Below the pieces are notes generated by a model, which ran no database searches, was not told the origin of the DNA, and saw nothing but the letters and a program-made list of their open reading frames with translations. A DNA stretch of 63,918 nucleotides, counting the filler, from Craspedostauros australis (Eukaryota): assembly GCA_030167865.1 (NCBI GenBank). It is 17 parts of 17 records of this genome, joined end to end, with 100 filler letters (N's around TTAATTAATTAA, not from the genome) between each part and the next. Parts side by side here need not be neighbours in the genome. Positions count along the whole stretch, not along the records: positions 45,314 to 47,206 come from JALAGF010001099.1; positions 47,307 to 56,479 come from JALAGF010001100.1; positions 56,580 to 58,311 come from JALAGF010001103.1; positions 58,412 to 61,360 come from JALAGF010001104.1; 13 more parts are not named here. The stretch is one strand, 5' to 3'. The position numbers were made by a program, and so were the translations under genes. Positions within the stretch are counted from its first letter, which is position 1. The number at the start of each line of letters is the position of its first letter. Shown piece by piece: positions 46,736-59,064 of the stretch.

Positions 46736-47206
46736 ATGACCGAAGTTGACTCAGGAGCTGCCGTAAGTTGAATGAAGCAAGTGGTCAACAAAGTGAATGA
46801 ATGAATGCATGAATGAATGAATGGATGAATGAATGAGCCAGTACTGGATTGGATTGGATCAAAGCGACAACGTGTGAGGTGCCTGATGCTCGACCATCTA
46901 CTGTATTTCTCTACTCGTACTGCAACTGCGACTACAACCGCAAATATCCGCTGATGACATTCCCTCACCTCATCTTCTGCATTCCCATCCGTCCATGCAT
47001 GCATGCACACCATCCACCCACATCATCTCCATCTCCAACAACAGGGCGAGTGGAAGAAGTACTCCACCTACGCCATCAACGTCGATCCGGACCAAGATGA
47101 CAAGGGCTCGGAGATCAAGCTTTGCAGCTTCGCCCGCCCACACATGCGAGCATTCCACTGCTCGTGGTGGGGCTTCTTCATCGCCTTCTTCATCTGGTTC
47201 GCCATC
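46736..47206 (+). CDS. NRT2: High-affinity nitrate transporter, 5' end; exon 46736-46762, intron 46763-47044, exon 47045 to contig end
   Basis: VDPDQDDK..EIKLCSFARPHMRAFHCSWWGFFIAFFIWFAI. GTAAGT...CAG intron in frame with MTEVDSGAA; the intron carries GAAT repeats. Confidence 0.92.
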
Positions 47207-47306
47207 NNNNNNNNNNNNNNNNNNNNNNNNNNNNNNNNNNNNNNNNNNNNTTAATTAATTAANNNNNNNNNNNNNNNNNNNNNNNNNNNNNNNNNNNNNN
47301 NNNNNN

Positions 47307-47882
47307 ACTTCCCACAATACGATGTAAGTGCAACTCGAAGATGACGCGAGGTGCATCATGTTTGCATGCTTCTTCGATTGAGATGGAGCGAGACTGTTTT
47401 GTGTTCATGGCAAAATGATGACGGATTTGAACCGCCAGCTCACTCTCTCCGTTCCTTGCATCTGCTGCCAACCTCCATCTTTTGCCTCCATCCGCATCCA
47501 ATCATACCTGACTTTCTTCATCTGTCCACAGTACTTTGGATACCAAGCCAACAAGCCACTCGGAATCCGCAAGCCCTTCGAAGACTGGGAGGCAGCAGCC
47601 GGAGACGAAGACTGGATTTTCGAGGAGGCCATGCCCCACTTGGACAAGGCACAGGAGGCTGCCATCACCGTGCAGCTGCTGACGTTGCCATCAAAGCACA
47701 CCATCCTCGATCTCGATTACTGCTTCGAGACGGCTGGAAACGCCGCGTACACAGCATTCAAGGCGGAACTCAACACCATCTCGTCTGAGATCGCAGAGCG
47801 CACTTTGCAGGATGAGCGCGAAGGCATGCCGCCATACAACTACCTCAAGCCAGAGAACATCCCTGCCTCTATCGACATCTAA
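47307..47882 (+). CDS. LOX: Lipoxygenase, 3' end; exon to 47323, intron 47324-47531, exon 47532-47882
   Basis: The spliced product reads FPQYD|YFGYQANKP. The C-terminus YNYLKPENIPASIDI ends in the Ile that serves as a metal ligand in lipoxygenases. Confidence 0.85.
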
Positions 47883-48789
47883 AGCGTTCGTGGCGACATC
47901 TGGGACAGCAGATCACATCACCTCGCCCCCAACACTAACTTTACCCATGCTGTCGCTCCATGCACTCTATCACGTCGTGAGTTCGAGAATGGACCGATCT
48001 CTTCCATCACCACAGCCATTGTGCATCCCACCAACCTAGAGCTTGGCGGTACTTGCCGTACATGACGCGGACCACAGCAACCGCTCGCTTCATGTCATCG
48101 CCAGAGCACTGTAAAAGCTTACTAATAGTTGCATAGTACCAATATGCTCCTACTCTCCATAGCTGTGGGTGGAATACATCGACCTCGGACTTCGTGCAAC
48201 CTGGTGTCGCGGAACTGCCACGAATGCACATGCAAACCATTTATTAAACAGTGAGCATACGGTGAGGTCGAAGCGCAGGAATGCAATTCAGACCATTCTG
48301 CATGTGAGTAATAGTATTTCTATCTGTACTCACATAGTTGAGCATTACGCACCATCAAGATTGGAGTTCACACTGTGTACGTTCCCTGCTGTCGTCGTCT
48401 TGCATGCAACCCCTACGTTGGATAGTGTACAACAATACGATCATTTTCTGTGTGTTGTCTCTCTAGCTTCGTGGCTTCGCTCTATCATATTCGATTTCGT
48501 GGTGACCAGTGAGCAAATCGAACAGTGTCACAACGACATTAGAAAGAATGCACAGAGTAAGGCCCACGCGAACAACGGCATCACGCCCAAGGAAAATTCC
48601 TCCCGGCACAACCACAAACTGGGCAACCAACAACAGATCGCGCAATAGCAACCGCAACAGACACAACAACACTTCCATCCATCTCGATGGCTGTTCACCA
48701 CTCTCCAGACCTCACGGACGATCATAAAATACAATACTCGAAGAGTAGAGACGGTCACCATCCCAGAACTGTTGCCTGCATCCACGATC

Positions 48790-51105
48790 ATGTCGCACCA
48801 CAGTGAAGACGAGGACAATGAGGACAGTCAGAACGGAGTGAGTGATGGCGACGAGCCAACGGCGGCCGCAGACACCGGTGATTGCGGGACGAGCGGCATC
48901 CACCGAGATGACCAGGCTGCCGATGCAGGCGATGGCGGAGATGGTGTCCTTGACGTCCTCCGAGACGCAGCGATCAAAGAGCGAGAGAAGGAGATTCCGC
49001 TCGGCAACGATGTCGAGGCCACGCAGAAGGAACTGACCGAGACATCGACAGCGACGCCCACAGCCGCGAATGCCACACTTCAATCAAGGGATACCGACCA
49101 TGACGACTCTGCAGAAAAGGAGCAGACCATGCAATCCGCAGTCGATGCTTCAGCCAAGGCGGCGGCCGCTCCCATGAAGCAAGCTTCAAGTTCCAAGGGT
49201 TCCGCTGAAATGATCCGAGAGAAGGAAGTTGATACTCTGGCGGACATGGAGATGAGACTCGTCATGCAGAACGAGAAAGGCATGTTCGCAGAAGGGAGCA
49301 AGACGCATAAACAACATACCTCCACCTTTGATCCGGACCAGCCTCGCGGAGCCACAGCAGTACGAGGCATAGATGGTGCGACGTCGACGCGGATGGAGGC
49401 CGATGGAAATTCTACCAACCGAGACAACATGCCCGCGACATCCAACCGCACCTCCGCCATGAGCGAAGGCGCGATGTCGACTGTTTCACATGCTTCCACC
49501 GTCGTATCGCACACAATCCCGACGGATTTATCCCGAGGGAATCCACGCACCAACCAACACGTCATGCGTCCTGGCGCCATCCGCGTTGTGCAAGGAGATG
49601 GTGGAGCCTACCTGGAACGCCCAGACGTGATGCTGGAAGCGACGACCGAATTCGCACCCGAGCCAGCCGCGCGCGGCGACATTGAATCCGATGCCACGTC
49701 GCAGTACCCAAACGCAATCGCCGCGACTCTCGTCGATGAATCCTTCGACGGCGACGGCGGTCGCAACTATGCTCAGATTGAAGAGGCCCGACGCATCGGC
49801 GAGGAGGAGACGAGGCGTGAGATCCTGAAGGATGCCGTGGTGGCGAATGTGGCAGCCGGCGACGAGAAGTCGCGCATGGGAATCTACCTCATCATCGCAT
49901 CGATCTGTGTGGTCATCGTTGTCGGTGCCGTGGTTGGCGGTGTCGTAGGTTCTACAGCCAGTGGTGGCGGGTCGCCGTCATCTGATCGCTCTGCCCTGAT
50001 CACTGTAGCACCGACCACGCTCCAGCCGACAGTGTCGTCGGCCAGTCCCTCCGTCACGGCATCTGCTACTCCGTCAAGGGTGCCATCGTCGTCCCCATCC
50101 AGCATTCCCAGCTCTTTTCCGACGATGCAGCCAACCGCCAAAGCGTCATCCAATCCAACGACAAGTGATAACATTGCAATCTCGCGCAAGATCGATCGCG
50201 TCGTCAGAACTGTGTCACATCATATCGCTCTCGAGGAGACCTTCACATTCCAATACGCAGCCTTGCAATGGTTGCTGGTTGAGGATCGATGGATCACGCT
50301 GGAAACGGAAGAGCAGCTCATCAAGGAGCGCTACATCGTGATTCTTTTTGCGTTGACTACACTCTTCGAGAACTGGCGAGACAAGTACGACTTTCTCAAC
50401 CCAGAAACATCGGTCTGCGAATGGTCGGGGAAGAGCTTCAACCCCGTGTCCCAGATCCCAGCGCTGTCCTGCAATGACCTGGGACGCGTGCGCTCCGTAT
50501 CGTTGGTGACCAACAACTTGAATGGGATAATAGCAGCGGAATTCGGATTTCTGGAATCACTCGACACGTTGCATTTGGGATCCAACAACCTGAAAGGCCG
50601 TCTACAGCCGGAGCTCGGCCAGCTCACCAACCTCCAAGTCCTCCAACTTGGATTCAATGACCTGACCAGTGTGTTGCCATCGGAACTGGGAAATCTCCAA
50701 GTCCTCCGAGAACTTTTCCTGGACAGCAACAGCCGATTGAGCGGTGACATTCCGTTCCAACTCAGCTTGATCTCCACGCTGAACAACTTGGTGGTGGAAG
50801 GTACCGGCCTCACGAACATGCAGATCATGTGCGCACCCGGCAAGGATTGGTGGATGTTCCGGTCGGACTGCCAATCGCCCACTTTGACGTGCACATGCTG
50901 CACGCAATGCTGCTCGAATGGTAGCGATTGCGAGGCGAACGACGATCCAATTGTCATTGTGCCGTCATTGCGACCTGACGGTTCCCCGCCTGAGGATCCT
51001 GGTACTCCACAGCCGCCTCCTATTACACCGCCTCTCGATGTTCCGCTGGTGGATGATCCGCAGCCTCCGTCTGTTGGCTTGCCGCAACCTCCACCGTTGC
51101 CGTGA
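48790..51105 (+). CDS. Type II membrane LRR protein, paralog 1
   Basis: Disordered N-terminus, single TM (YLIIASICVVIVVGAVVGGVVG), S/T/P stalk, ALQWL...ERY...CEW cap, 24-aa plant-type LRRs, SDC...CTCCTQCC and a Pro-rich tail. Confidence 0.88.
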   Translation: MSHHSEDEDNEDSQNGVSDGDEPTAAADTGDCGTSGIHRDDQAADAGDGGDGVLDVLRDAAIKEREKEIPLGNDVEATQKELTETSTATPTAANATLQSRDTDHDDSAEKEQTMQSAVDASAKAAAAPMKQASSSKGSAEMIREKEVDTLADMEMRLVMQNEKGMFAEGSKTHKQHTSTFDPDQPRGATAVRGIDGATSTRMEADGNSTNRDNMPATSNRTSAMSEGAMSTVSHASTVVSHTIPTDLSRGNPRTNQHVMRPGAIRVVQGDGGAYLERPDVMLEATTEFAPEPAARGDIESDATSQYPNAIAATLVDESFDGDGGRNYAQIEEARRIGEEETRREILKDAVVANVAAGDEKSRMGIYLIIASICVVIVVGAVVGGVVGSTASGGGSPSSDRSALITVAPTTLQPTVSSASPSVTASATPSRVPSSSPSSIPSSFPTMQPTAKASSNPTTSDNIAISRKIDRVVRTVSHHIALEETFTFQYAALQWLLVEDRWITLETEEQLIKERYIVILFALTTLFENWRDKYDFLNPETSVCEWSGKSFNPVSQIPALSCNDLGRVRSVSLVTNNLNGIIAAEFGFLESLDTLHLGSNNLKGRLQPELGQLTNLQVLQLGFNDLTSVLPSELGNLQVLRELFLDSNSRLSGDIPFQLSLISTLNNLVVEGTGLTNMQIMCAPGKDWWMFRSDCQSPTLTCTCCTQCCSNGSDCEANDDPIVIVPSLRPDGSPPEDPGTPQPPPITPPLDVPLVDDPQPPSVGLPQPPPLP

Positions 51106-51653
51106 CTGTGAAGGAAGCACAACAGGGAATGAGAGTGTGCCTGAATCCCACGGTTTTTGGGCATGGGGATATGCATTTTAGAGTCTTCTTCCCATGCTTT
51201 CATCGATTATAATGCATCTAAACAAGTGCAAAGCACATAGTATTATATTATGCAATGCGTAGGAATACTGTTCCGAAACAACAACAGCAGCAACAACAGC
51301 GACACGGGTTCAATCGATCTCCTGCTGTACTGCCGGTGGCGGTGCACAATTGCAACATGTCGTCTGCATTCGTTGCCATACTCGTCCCCTTGACATTCAT
51401 TTTCTCCAAATCTCGTTTCGTGGGGACTGGTGGGCAAAATCGTGTTGACGTGTGGGTCGGTGGGGCGTTCAATGCAACTTGTCGGCGCCACCCACCTCCA
51501 TCCACAGGGAGTCATTCGCATGCACGAGTGCGCGAGCAATCATTGGGAGGTAGGAGCAACGTCCATGTTCTGCCCAATGGAGTAAGGAAGAGCAGCAGCG
51601 TAGCCCCAGCACAAGAGTACGGCCACAGGGCATCGCTATCTCCATCCATCATC

Positions 51654-53846
51654 ATGTCGCAACACAACGATCACAGCGCAACAAACAGTGATGATGATGA
51701 TGGGTCCTGGTACGTCCCGACCACAATGGAGGCAACGCAATTATCCAACGCGAATGGCGGCGACGGTGGGGCGAATGACAGTCAATCCAATGGCCAAGCA
51801 AGCGGCGATGATCCAGACGCTACGAAACCGGATGAAAAGGTCACACTGGACGCTGTCGAAGCAGCACGGGCGGACATGATGGTCCAACAGCGAGAGTTGA
51901 TGATTGGCTACTTGGATGCTCACGGTGTCCTCAACAACAGCAGCAGCGATTTGCGAGAAGGCGACAAACAGGAAAAGGAGATCCCAGACAGCAACGATGC
52001 AGCCACCACTGAGAAGGAACTGGAAATGGCATCGACCGTTGTTCCATCCACTCAATCCGTTGGTCTTGGTCGTGATCATGCTCCAGAAAAGGAGAAGGAG
52101 CTGCGCTATGTTATGGAAGCTTCCCAAGCAGCGGGCTCCTTGATGGAGACGGGCTTGAGACCTCTCGGGCAGAACGCGATGAGTATCTTCAAAGATGGGA
52201 ACACGAGAGGCCATCAACCCAACTCAACCTCTGAGCTGCAGCAGGTGCGCATTGGACCTTTGGAGAAAGAGCTCGATGGCGCTGCAGCGCATACCCAAGC
52301 GGGTCCAGGCTACACTTCAGTCAACGTACACAACATGTCCACCGCGGCTACCGCCACCAATCACTCTTCCACAACCATACTACCAGGCATGAGACCGACA
52401 GAGTTGTCACGAGCGCAACCGCGCACCAACCAGCCCGTCACGCGTCCTGGAGCCATCCGCGTGGTCCAACGAGAAGGTGGAGCGTACATGGAACGCCCCG
52501 ATTTGATCCGTGATGTAACAACAATTGGATATGCGGCTTCCGCGGCATCTCAGATCCCACATCTCGATGTTGCATCCCCATCTGAAATCTCGGGTGCAAT
52601 CGCTGCGACCTTGGTGCAGGATTCGTTTCGTGACACCAACGGTGCCACCGTGGCTGAGATCGAGGAGGCCCGCCGAATGGGCGAGGAAGAAGCGAGACGG
52701 AATGTTCTGAAGGACGCTGTGTTGGCGGATGTCGCGGAGGGTGACGGGAAATCACGAAACATTAAGTACCTCGTGGGGATGTTGGTCTGCGTGATCGTCG
52801 TCGGCGGTGCTGTGGTTGGAGTCGTTGTGAGCTTCGTATCTGGAGGTGGGTCGTCATCGACATTGCCCTCTGCTTCGGTGAACAATGTGATCACCACAAC
52901 GCCAACGTTGGCCCCGGTCACGACACAACCAACAGAGTCATCTGCACATCCATCCGCCACACCAACAGGCTCACCATCGTCATCTCCTTCGATGAATCCA
53001 GCTGCGCTCAAGTCGGCAAGGCCAACGACAAGCGACGACATCGCAATTTCTCAGAAGATCGACCGCGTCATCAGGACCGTCTCCGATGCCTCCCTTCTCG
53101 ACGACATTCACTCGTTTCAACACGAAGGCTTGAGATGGATGCTTGATGAAGATCAGTGGGTCACGTTGGAAACGGAAGAACAACTCATCAAGGAGCGTTA
53201 CGTCGTCTTCCTGTTCGTGCAAATCTTGGGTTGGTTCAACTGGTCAAACCGATACAATTTCAAGGACCCCACAGTATCGGTCTGCGAATGGGGAAAGGTC
53301 CTCAATCCCATCTCAAACATCCCGACGCTGTCCTGCAACGATGCCAAGCGCGTACGATCCATATCGTTGGTGCAAAACGGCTTGCTCGGTGCCATCCCGT
53401 CCGAATTCGCCATTCTGGACTCTCTCGACACGCTGCACCTGCAGGGAAACCGCATCTCGGGACCCTTGCCATCCGAACTCGGCCAGCTCTCCGGCCTGAA
53501 AGTCCTGCGCATGGAGTCCAATTGGCTGTCGCAGCGCCTGCCGACGGAATTTGGCAATCTACAGGCCCTGACCGAACTGGACTTGTCAGAGAACCTCGGA
53601 TTGGATGGTCCCATTCCAACTCAAATGAACGCCATCCTCACGCTGGATGTGTTATTGATCGATGGAACCGGTCTCACGAACGTCGAGACCATGTGCGAAA
53701 CCGGCATTGATTGGATTCTGTTCCAATCCGATTGCGTTTCCGACGCTCTGACATGCACATGCTGCACGCATTGTTGCTTGGATGGAACCGACTGTGCGCC
53801 GAACAACAGACAAACGGAAGCGCCGTCGGAACTGCTGCTGCTTTGA
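51654..53846 (+). CDS. Type II membrane LRR protein, paralog 2
   Basis: Same architecture and motifs as 48790-51105. The start is taken at the MSQHND ATG by comparison with the paralogs. Confidence 0.88.
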   Translation: MSQHNDHSATNSDDDDGSWYVPTTMEATQLSNANGGDGGANDSQSNGQASGDDPDATKPDEKVTLDAVEAARADMMVQQRELMIGYLDAHGVLNNSSSDLREGDKQEKEIPDSNDAATTEKELEMASTVVPSTQSVGLGRDHAPEKEKELRYVMEASQAAGSLMETGLRPLGQNAMSIFKDGNTRGHQPNSTSELQQVRIGPLEKELDGAAAHTQAGPGYTSVNVHNMSTAATATNHSSTTILPGMRPTELSRAQPRTNQPVTRPGAIRVVQREGGAYMERPDLIRDVTTIGYAASAASQIPHLDVASPSEISGAIAATLVQDSFRDTNGATVAEIEEARRMGEEEARRNVLKDAVLADVAEGDGKSRNIKYLVGMLVCVIVVGGAVVGVVVSFVSGGGSSSTLPSASVNNVITTTPTLAPVTTQPTESSAHPSATPTGSPSSSPSMNPAALKSARPTTSDDIAISQKIDRVIRTVSDASLLDDIHSFQHEGLRWMLDEDQWVTLETEEQLIKERYVVFLFVQILGWFNWSNRYNFKDPTVSVCEWGKVLNPISNIPTLSCNDAKRVRSISLVQNGLLGAIPSEFAILDSLDTLHLQGNRISGPLPSELGQLSGLKVLRMESNWLSQRLPTEFGNLQALTELDLSENLGLDGPIPTQMNAILTLDVLLIDGTGLTNVETMCETGIDWILFQSDCVSDALTCTCCTHCCLDGTDCAPNNRQTEAPSELLLL

Positions 53847-54254
53847 TCAACGCAGCAGAAGCGAACCTGGAAGTGCGAGCGGAGTCGTCTACATACGCCA
53901 TAGTCGTACCCATGTGCTTTAAAATCGCAATCTTCGACCTCTGTTGCGTTGTCCAACACGAATGTCTGCTTGCGTATCTATATTCGCTGTTGGTAGACTG
54001 ACGTTTGTTTTCCTTGAACACCAAGGGAGGGACAATTTGCAACAAACAAAAACCAAAACGAGAACAGCGCAAAGGAATGGAGGGGATCCGAACCGGTGCG
54101 AAACAAGGAAAACAATGGCAGAGGCACATTGAGGCCACACAACGGCATCAACCAGAGGTTCCAGCATCGTCAACGTTCATGTGTACGGGTATAGAATCAA
54201 GCCAACGCCCCCTCTCGTCAGCAAAGAGCCGTGCCTCCTCCTCCTCCCAACACC

Positions 54255-56479
54255 ATGTCACAACAGAACGACCACCACGATCGCGACGACGACGAAAAGG
54301 CCAAGGATGGCGATCACGATGCTCACCAGCACGACCTTCGCTCAACCAGCGGGACACAGCAACAGCCAGGCCAAAGGGATACGACGACTGCTCAACTCAA
54401 CGACCAGGACAATGACAATGACACGGACGATGTTCCAGATGTCATCCAAGACGGAATGCTCAAACAGCGACACCAGGTGATCGACTACTTGGATGTTTCG
54501 AACCGTCTCGGCGACCTCGACACCGAGATTAGCGACAGAGTCGTTCACACCAAGTCACAAACATACCTGTACCGTAAAAGTGGAAATGAAAATGAGGGCC
54601 TGATGAATAGCGATTCTGTCACCGATGACAAAAAAGTGAAAGCGAAATCAAAGGCGATCCCCCTTACTCAACCACTCCGTCGCAGGCAGGTTGCGTCCAC
54701 TTCAAACGCTTCAGAAATGATCTCTCCGCGCGCAACCGCAGATGTGGCTCTGAGGGACGCAGTTGGCACAGCCCAACCAGAGAGAGATGCTGCTTTGGTG
54801 GACATGGTCATGAATGTTATCAAGCAGAATGAGGCAGATGCGTTCAAAGACCAAAATACGCAGACGAGTACCGCGCAACAGCAGCAGGAACAGGATCAAA
54901 TTCACACTGGTGTGGATGAAGGAAGGCGTGACATCGCGGCATTCACGCAAACGGATGAAGACGATGTTTATGCCAACCGAGACAGCACGCTCACTGCATC
55001 GAACCTCGCCCCGGCCACAAGCGACGGCGCACCGTTGAACAGTACCTCCGCTTCGACGGTTCCACCACCCACATCATTAGTGAGATCGTCACGAGACCGA
55101 CGAGGTGTGAAACAGCTCGACGAGCGCCCTGGAGCCATTCGGGTTATCCAAGGGGCAGGCGGGACATACACGGAACGCCCAGATGCCTTGTTGGAATTGG
55201 AAGCTGAATCTGCAGATGCCGAAGCGTCTCAGGCCACGCCCGTCGACATAGAATCCGTACATTCGGACACAATTGCCGCAACCTTGATCGACATGTCCTC
55301 CGATGAAGATGGTGATCTGAACACCGCGGCGATCGAAGAGGCCAGGCGAATAGGTGCAGAGCGGACAAAACGGACCCTTCTCGAAGATGCTGTGGTGGCA
55401 GATGTTGCACAAGACAGCAAGAAGTCACGAACCACTACCTACCTCATCGTCGCATCGATCTGCGTGGTCATCGTTGTTGGCGCTATCATCGGTGGCGTCG
55501 TTGGCTCCGCATCGAGCGGAGGATCAGCGTCATCTGCTGCAGTTGGTGCGATCACTGCAATGCCAACACCGGCGCCGACCACGGCGCAACCATCAGCTTC
55601 ATCCGCTGCTCCGTCCGACAATCCGTCTTCCGCGCCCTCGGACTTGCCTTCGCCATCTCCTTCCAATATATTCAGCCAGTCCCCGACAATGCAACCAACC
55701 GCGACAGAATCGTCGAGGCCAACGGTAACCGATGACATCTTGATCGCGCAGAAGATCGAGCGCGTTGTAAAGAATGCCACTCCCAACTCTTCCTTCACCG
55801 GCCCTTACGAAATCGACGCTTTGGATTGGTTGGTTGCTTGGGATGAATGGATCACGTTGCAAACCGAAGAAGAGCTGATCAAGGAACGGTATGTCCTTGT
55901 TCTTTTCGCTTTCACATTGCACGTTGATAGATGGTTCGACCAATACAATTTCCTGGATGTGACGACCTCTGTTTGCGAATGGGGCCGACTCGACAATCCC
56001 ATCTCGCAGGTCCCAGTGCTGTCCTGCGACGATATGGGGCGTGTGCGCTCCATTTCGCTTGTGGCGAACAACCTGTCTGGAGCGATACCATCAGGGCTCG
56101 ACATGCTGGAATCCCTTCGTACGTTGGACTTTGAATCCAACAGGCTCGGAGGAAGGATACCATCGCGTCTGGGCGAACTTACCAACCTCGAAGTCTTCCG
56201 AGTTGGATCCAATCAGCTGGGTGGAATGATACCTACGGAATTCGGTAATCTCCAGGTCCTTCGCGAACTGCGCTTGTCCCGGAACGCAGGGTTGAATGGT
56301 CGCATTCCAACGCAAATGAACACGATCCGCACGCTGCAAACCTTGATGATCGAAGGCACCGGACTGACGAACGCGGAAGCCATGTGCGAAATTGGCATTG
56401 TTTGGGACATGTTCCAATCCGACTGCCAGTCCAGCAATTCGACGTGTACATGCTGCACGCATTGTTGCTTGGATGGGAG
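54255..56479 (+). CDS. Type II membrane LRR protein, paralog 3 (3' truncated)
   Basis: Same architecture, running to the contig end just after CTCCTHCCLDG. Confidence 0.88.
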
Positions 56480-56579
56480 NNNNNNNNNNNNNNNNNNNNN
56501 NNNNNNNNNNNNNNNNNNNNNNNTTAATTAATTAANNNNNNNNNNNNNNNNNNNNNNNNNNNNNNNNNNNNNNNNNNNN

Positions 56580-56662
56580 CCTAACCCTAACCCTAACCCT
56601 AACCCTAACCCTAACCCTAACCCTAACCCTAACCCTAACCCTAACCCTAACCCTAACCCTAA
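56580..56662 (+). repeat. Telomeric repeat (CCCTAA)n at contig start
   Basis: About 14 perfect copies, with the C-rich strand at the 5' end as expected for a left chromosome end. Confidence 0.93.
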
Positions 56663-56671
56663 TAGTGTCCG

Positions 56672-58311
56672 CAGGTGCAACCAATCAAACCCTAATGTAC
56701 GAGGATTTAACACGGTGACGTACGACGGCCAGACCGAAGTTTGGGTCGATTGACGGACGACGTACAGACGTTTGTATGGGCACGCAATACACACGGTCGA
56801 CGTACGGACGTTTTTGTATGGAAAATGTCGATGATCCGCAACTCCCCGAAAGTGCGATCGAATGTTCATCATCCGCAACTCCCAAACAACACGAGATACT
56901 ACGAGCCACGCGATACACCGTGTTAAACATGTACACCACGCTACACCCTGATGAACACTTGTTCATGTGTATCTATGTGTACACACATACGCACCGTGTC
57001 CATACGTACACGTCAACACTACTACCATCTTCAACGGACCTGTACAAGGTGAGATATCGATGATCAAAGTACTCAACATCAACCAGTACTTGCAATACAC
57101 AGTGTCATGTACATGTAAGCACACATACATGTCGACCATGTCCATACACACATGTGACAACAAGAACCACACTCTGAATCAACATGGTGATGGAGATAAT
57201 GATGCATGAGTACAACACAAACAACATGTGATAACACGTGCAACCGTGTTAATGTGAGATGAACATCGTCAATGGCAGATGAACATTGTCAATGGCAAAT
57301 GAACTATCTGTCAACATCAAATGAACTATTGTCAACACATTCCAACTACAGGAGGATGGCACAAGTCCCATGAAATGGCTGACTTGTGGGGGAGGAGGGG
57401 GAAGTCAACACCATCAACTGTGATACTCACACATCCACCTGCTCACACACACACACACTGCCACACCACAACACACATGATAACACAGTATGTCACATGT
57501 GACTATGACACTGCACACCATGACACATAATATCACACAAGAATATGAAATACACCATGCTCAACAGTGTCGACATGACAGTGCATGGATACAGGTCAGT
57601 AGCTGTGATCACCAGTCTTCGATTGAGTTGAAATGTCACTTTCTGAAATAACACGGTTGTTACCCTAAGGTTACAGGTTTATGTAAACCCTAACCACAGG
57701 TGCAACCAATCAAACCCTAATGTACGAGGATTTAACACGGTGACGTACGACGGCCAGACCGAAGTTTGGGTCGATTGACGGACGACGTACAGACGTTTGT
57801 ATGGGCACGCAATACGCACGGTCGACGTACGGACGTTTTTGTATGGAAAACGACGATGATCCGCAACTCCCCGAAAGTGCGGACGAATGTTCAACATCCG
57901 CAGCTCCCAAACAACACGAGATACTTCGAGACACGCGATACACCGTGTTAAACATGTACACCACGCTACACCATGATGAACCCATGTTCACGTACATCCA
58001 TGTGAACACACACACGCAACGTGTCCATACGTACACATCAATACTTCTACCATCTTCAACGGACCACTACAAGGTGAGATATTGATGATCAAAGTACTCA
58101 AGATCAACCAGTACTTGCAATACACAGTGTCATATACATGTAAGCACACACACGTGTTCACCATGACCATACACACGTGTGACATCAAGAACCACACTCT
58201 GGATCAGCTTGGTGATGGAGATAGTGATGCATGAGTACAACACAAGCAACATGTGATAACACGTGCAACCATGTTAATGTGAGATGAACATCGTCAATGG
58301 AAGATGAACAT
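56672..58311 (+). repeat. Subtelomeric tandem repeat, 1025-bp period (one full unit plus 615 bp)
   Basis: 56672-57286 aligns with 57697-58311 at a constant 1025-bp offset at both ends. Degenerate CCCTAA motifs lie at the junction, 57663-57693. Confidence 0.92.
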
Positions 58312-59064
58312 NNNNNNNNNNNNNNNNNNNNNNNNNNNNNNNNNNNNNNNNNNNNTTAATTAATTAANNNNNNNNNNNNNNNNNNNNNNNNNNNNNNNNN
58401 NNNNNNNNNNNAACGTGCATGGGCGAAGCGACTAAATGAGAACAATCCAAAAACGCTCTTTGCAAATGCGAGTAGAATTGCACACAACCGGCAACCGTTT
58501 GTTGGAACAGCGAAAACAACACGACTTGAACGTGTCTCGGAAATCGCGATACACAAAGTTGATGGTATCATTGTACAACACATGGAGCAGTCGACATGGT
58601 ACATGTGAAGTTCTTACAAAGCACTACACATGATGCCAAACAGATGCAATGGGACTCGTTTTGCAATCTTGGGAAATATGGGAAAGCAATAACAGGAAAT
58701 GCTGACATTTTCCCTACATCCGGGAAAATGTCGTCTATTTCCCCTGCTCCCAGCATGGTCGACAGCGCAACAACCAAAAACAGACAATCGAGTGAGCAAG
58801 GAAATATCATTGTGCTTTTCCGCCCCGCAATCGACAGCATCACATGACACCAAGAGCAACCAAGGAACACGGCATTCCAGCCCCCTGCGCTCGTGACTTC
58901 CAATCCAGCGACTATCTTGTGGCAATCCACGGACCGCTTTGCTCAAAGGTGGATGATCGCTCCGCAAGAGAAGTTCGGAAGTCATAACATTGGCATCTCG
59001 GCCGAAACCGATCACACACTCTCTCTCTTGTGCATCACCACTCCACATCACAACACTTCGCACC

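Noticed and set aside
47045..47882. NRT2 next to lipoxygenase as a gene cluster
   Set aside because: They are separated by an artificial spacer and lie on different contigs.
57258..57340. Short repeats as a CRISPR-like array (also 40635-40718)
   Set aside because: Tandem units without unique spacers, in a eukaryotic context with no cas genes.
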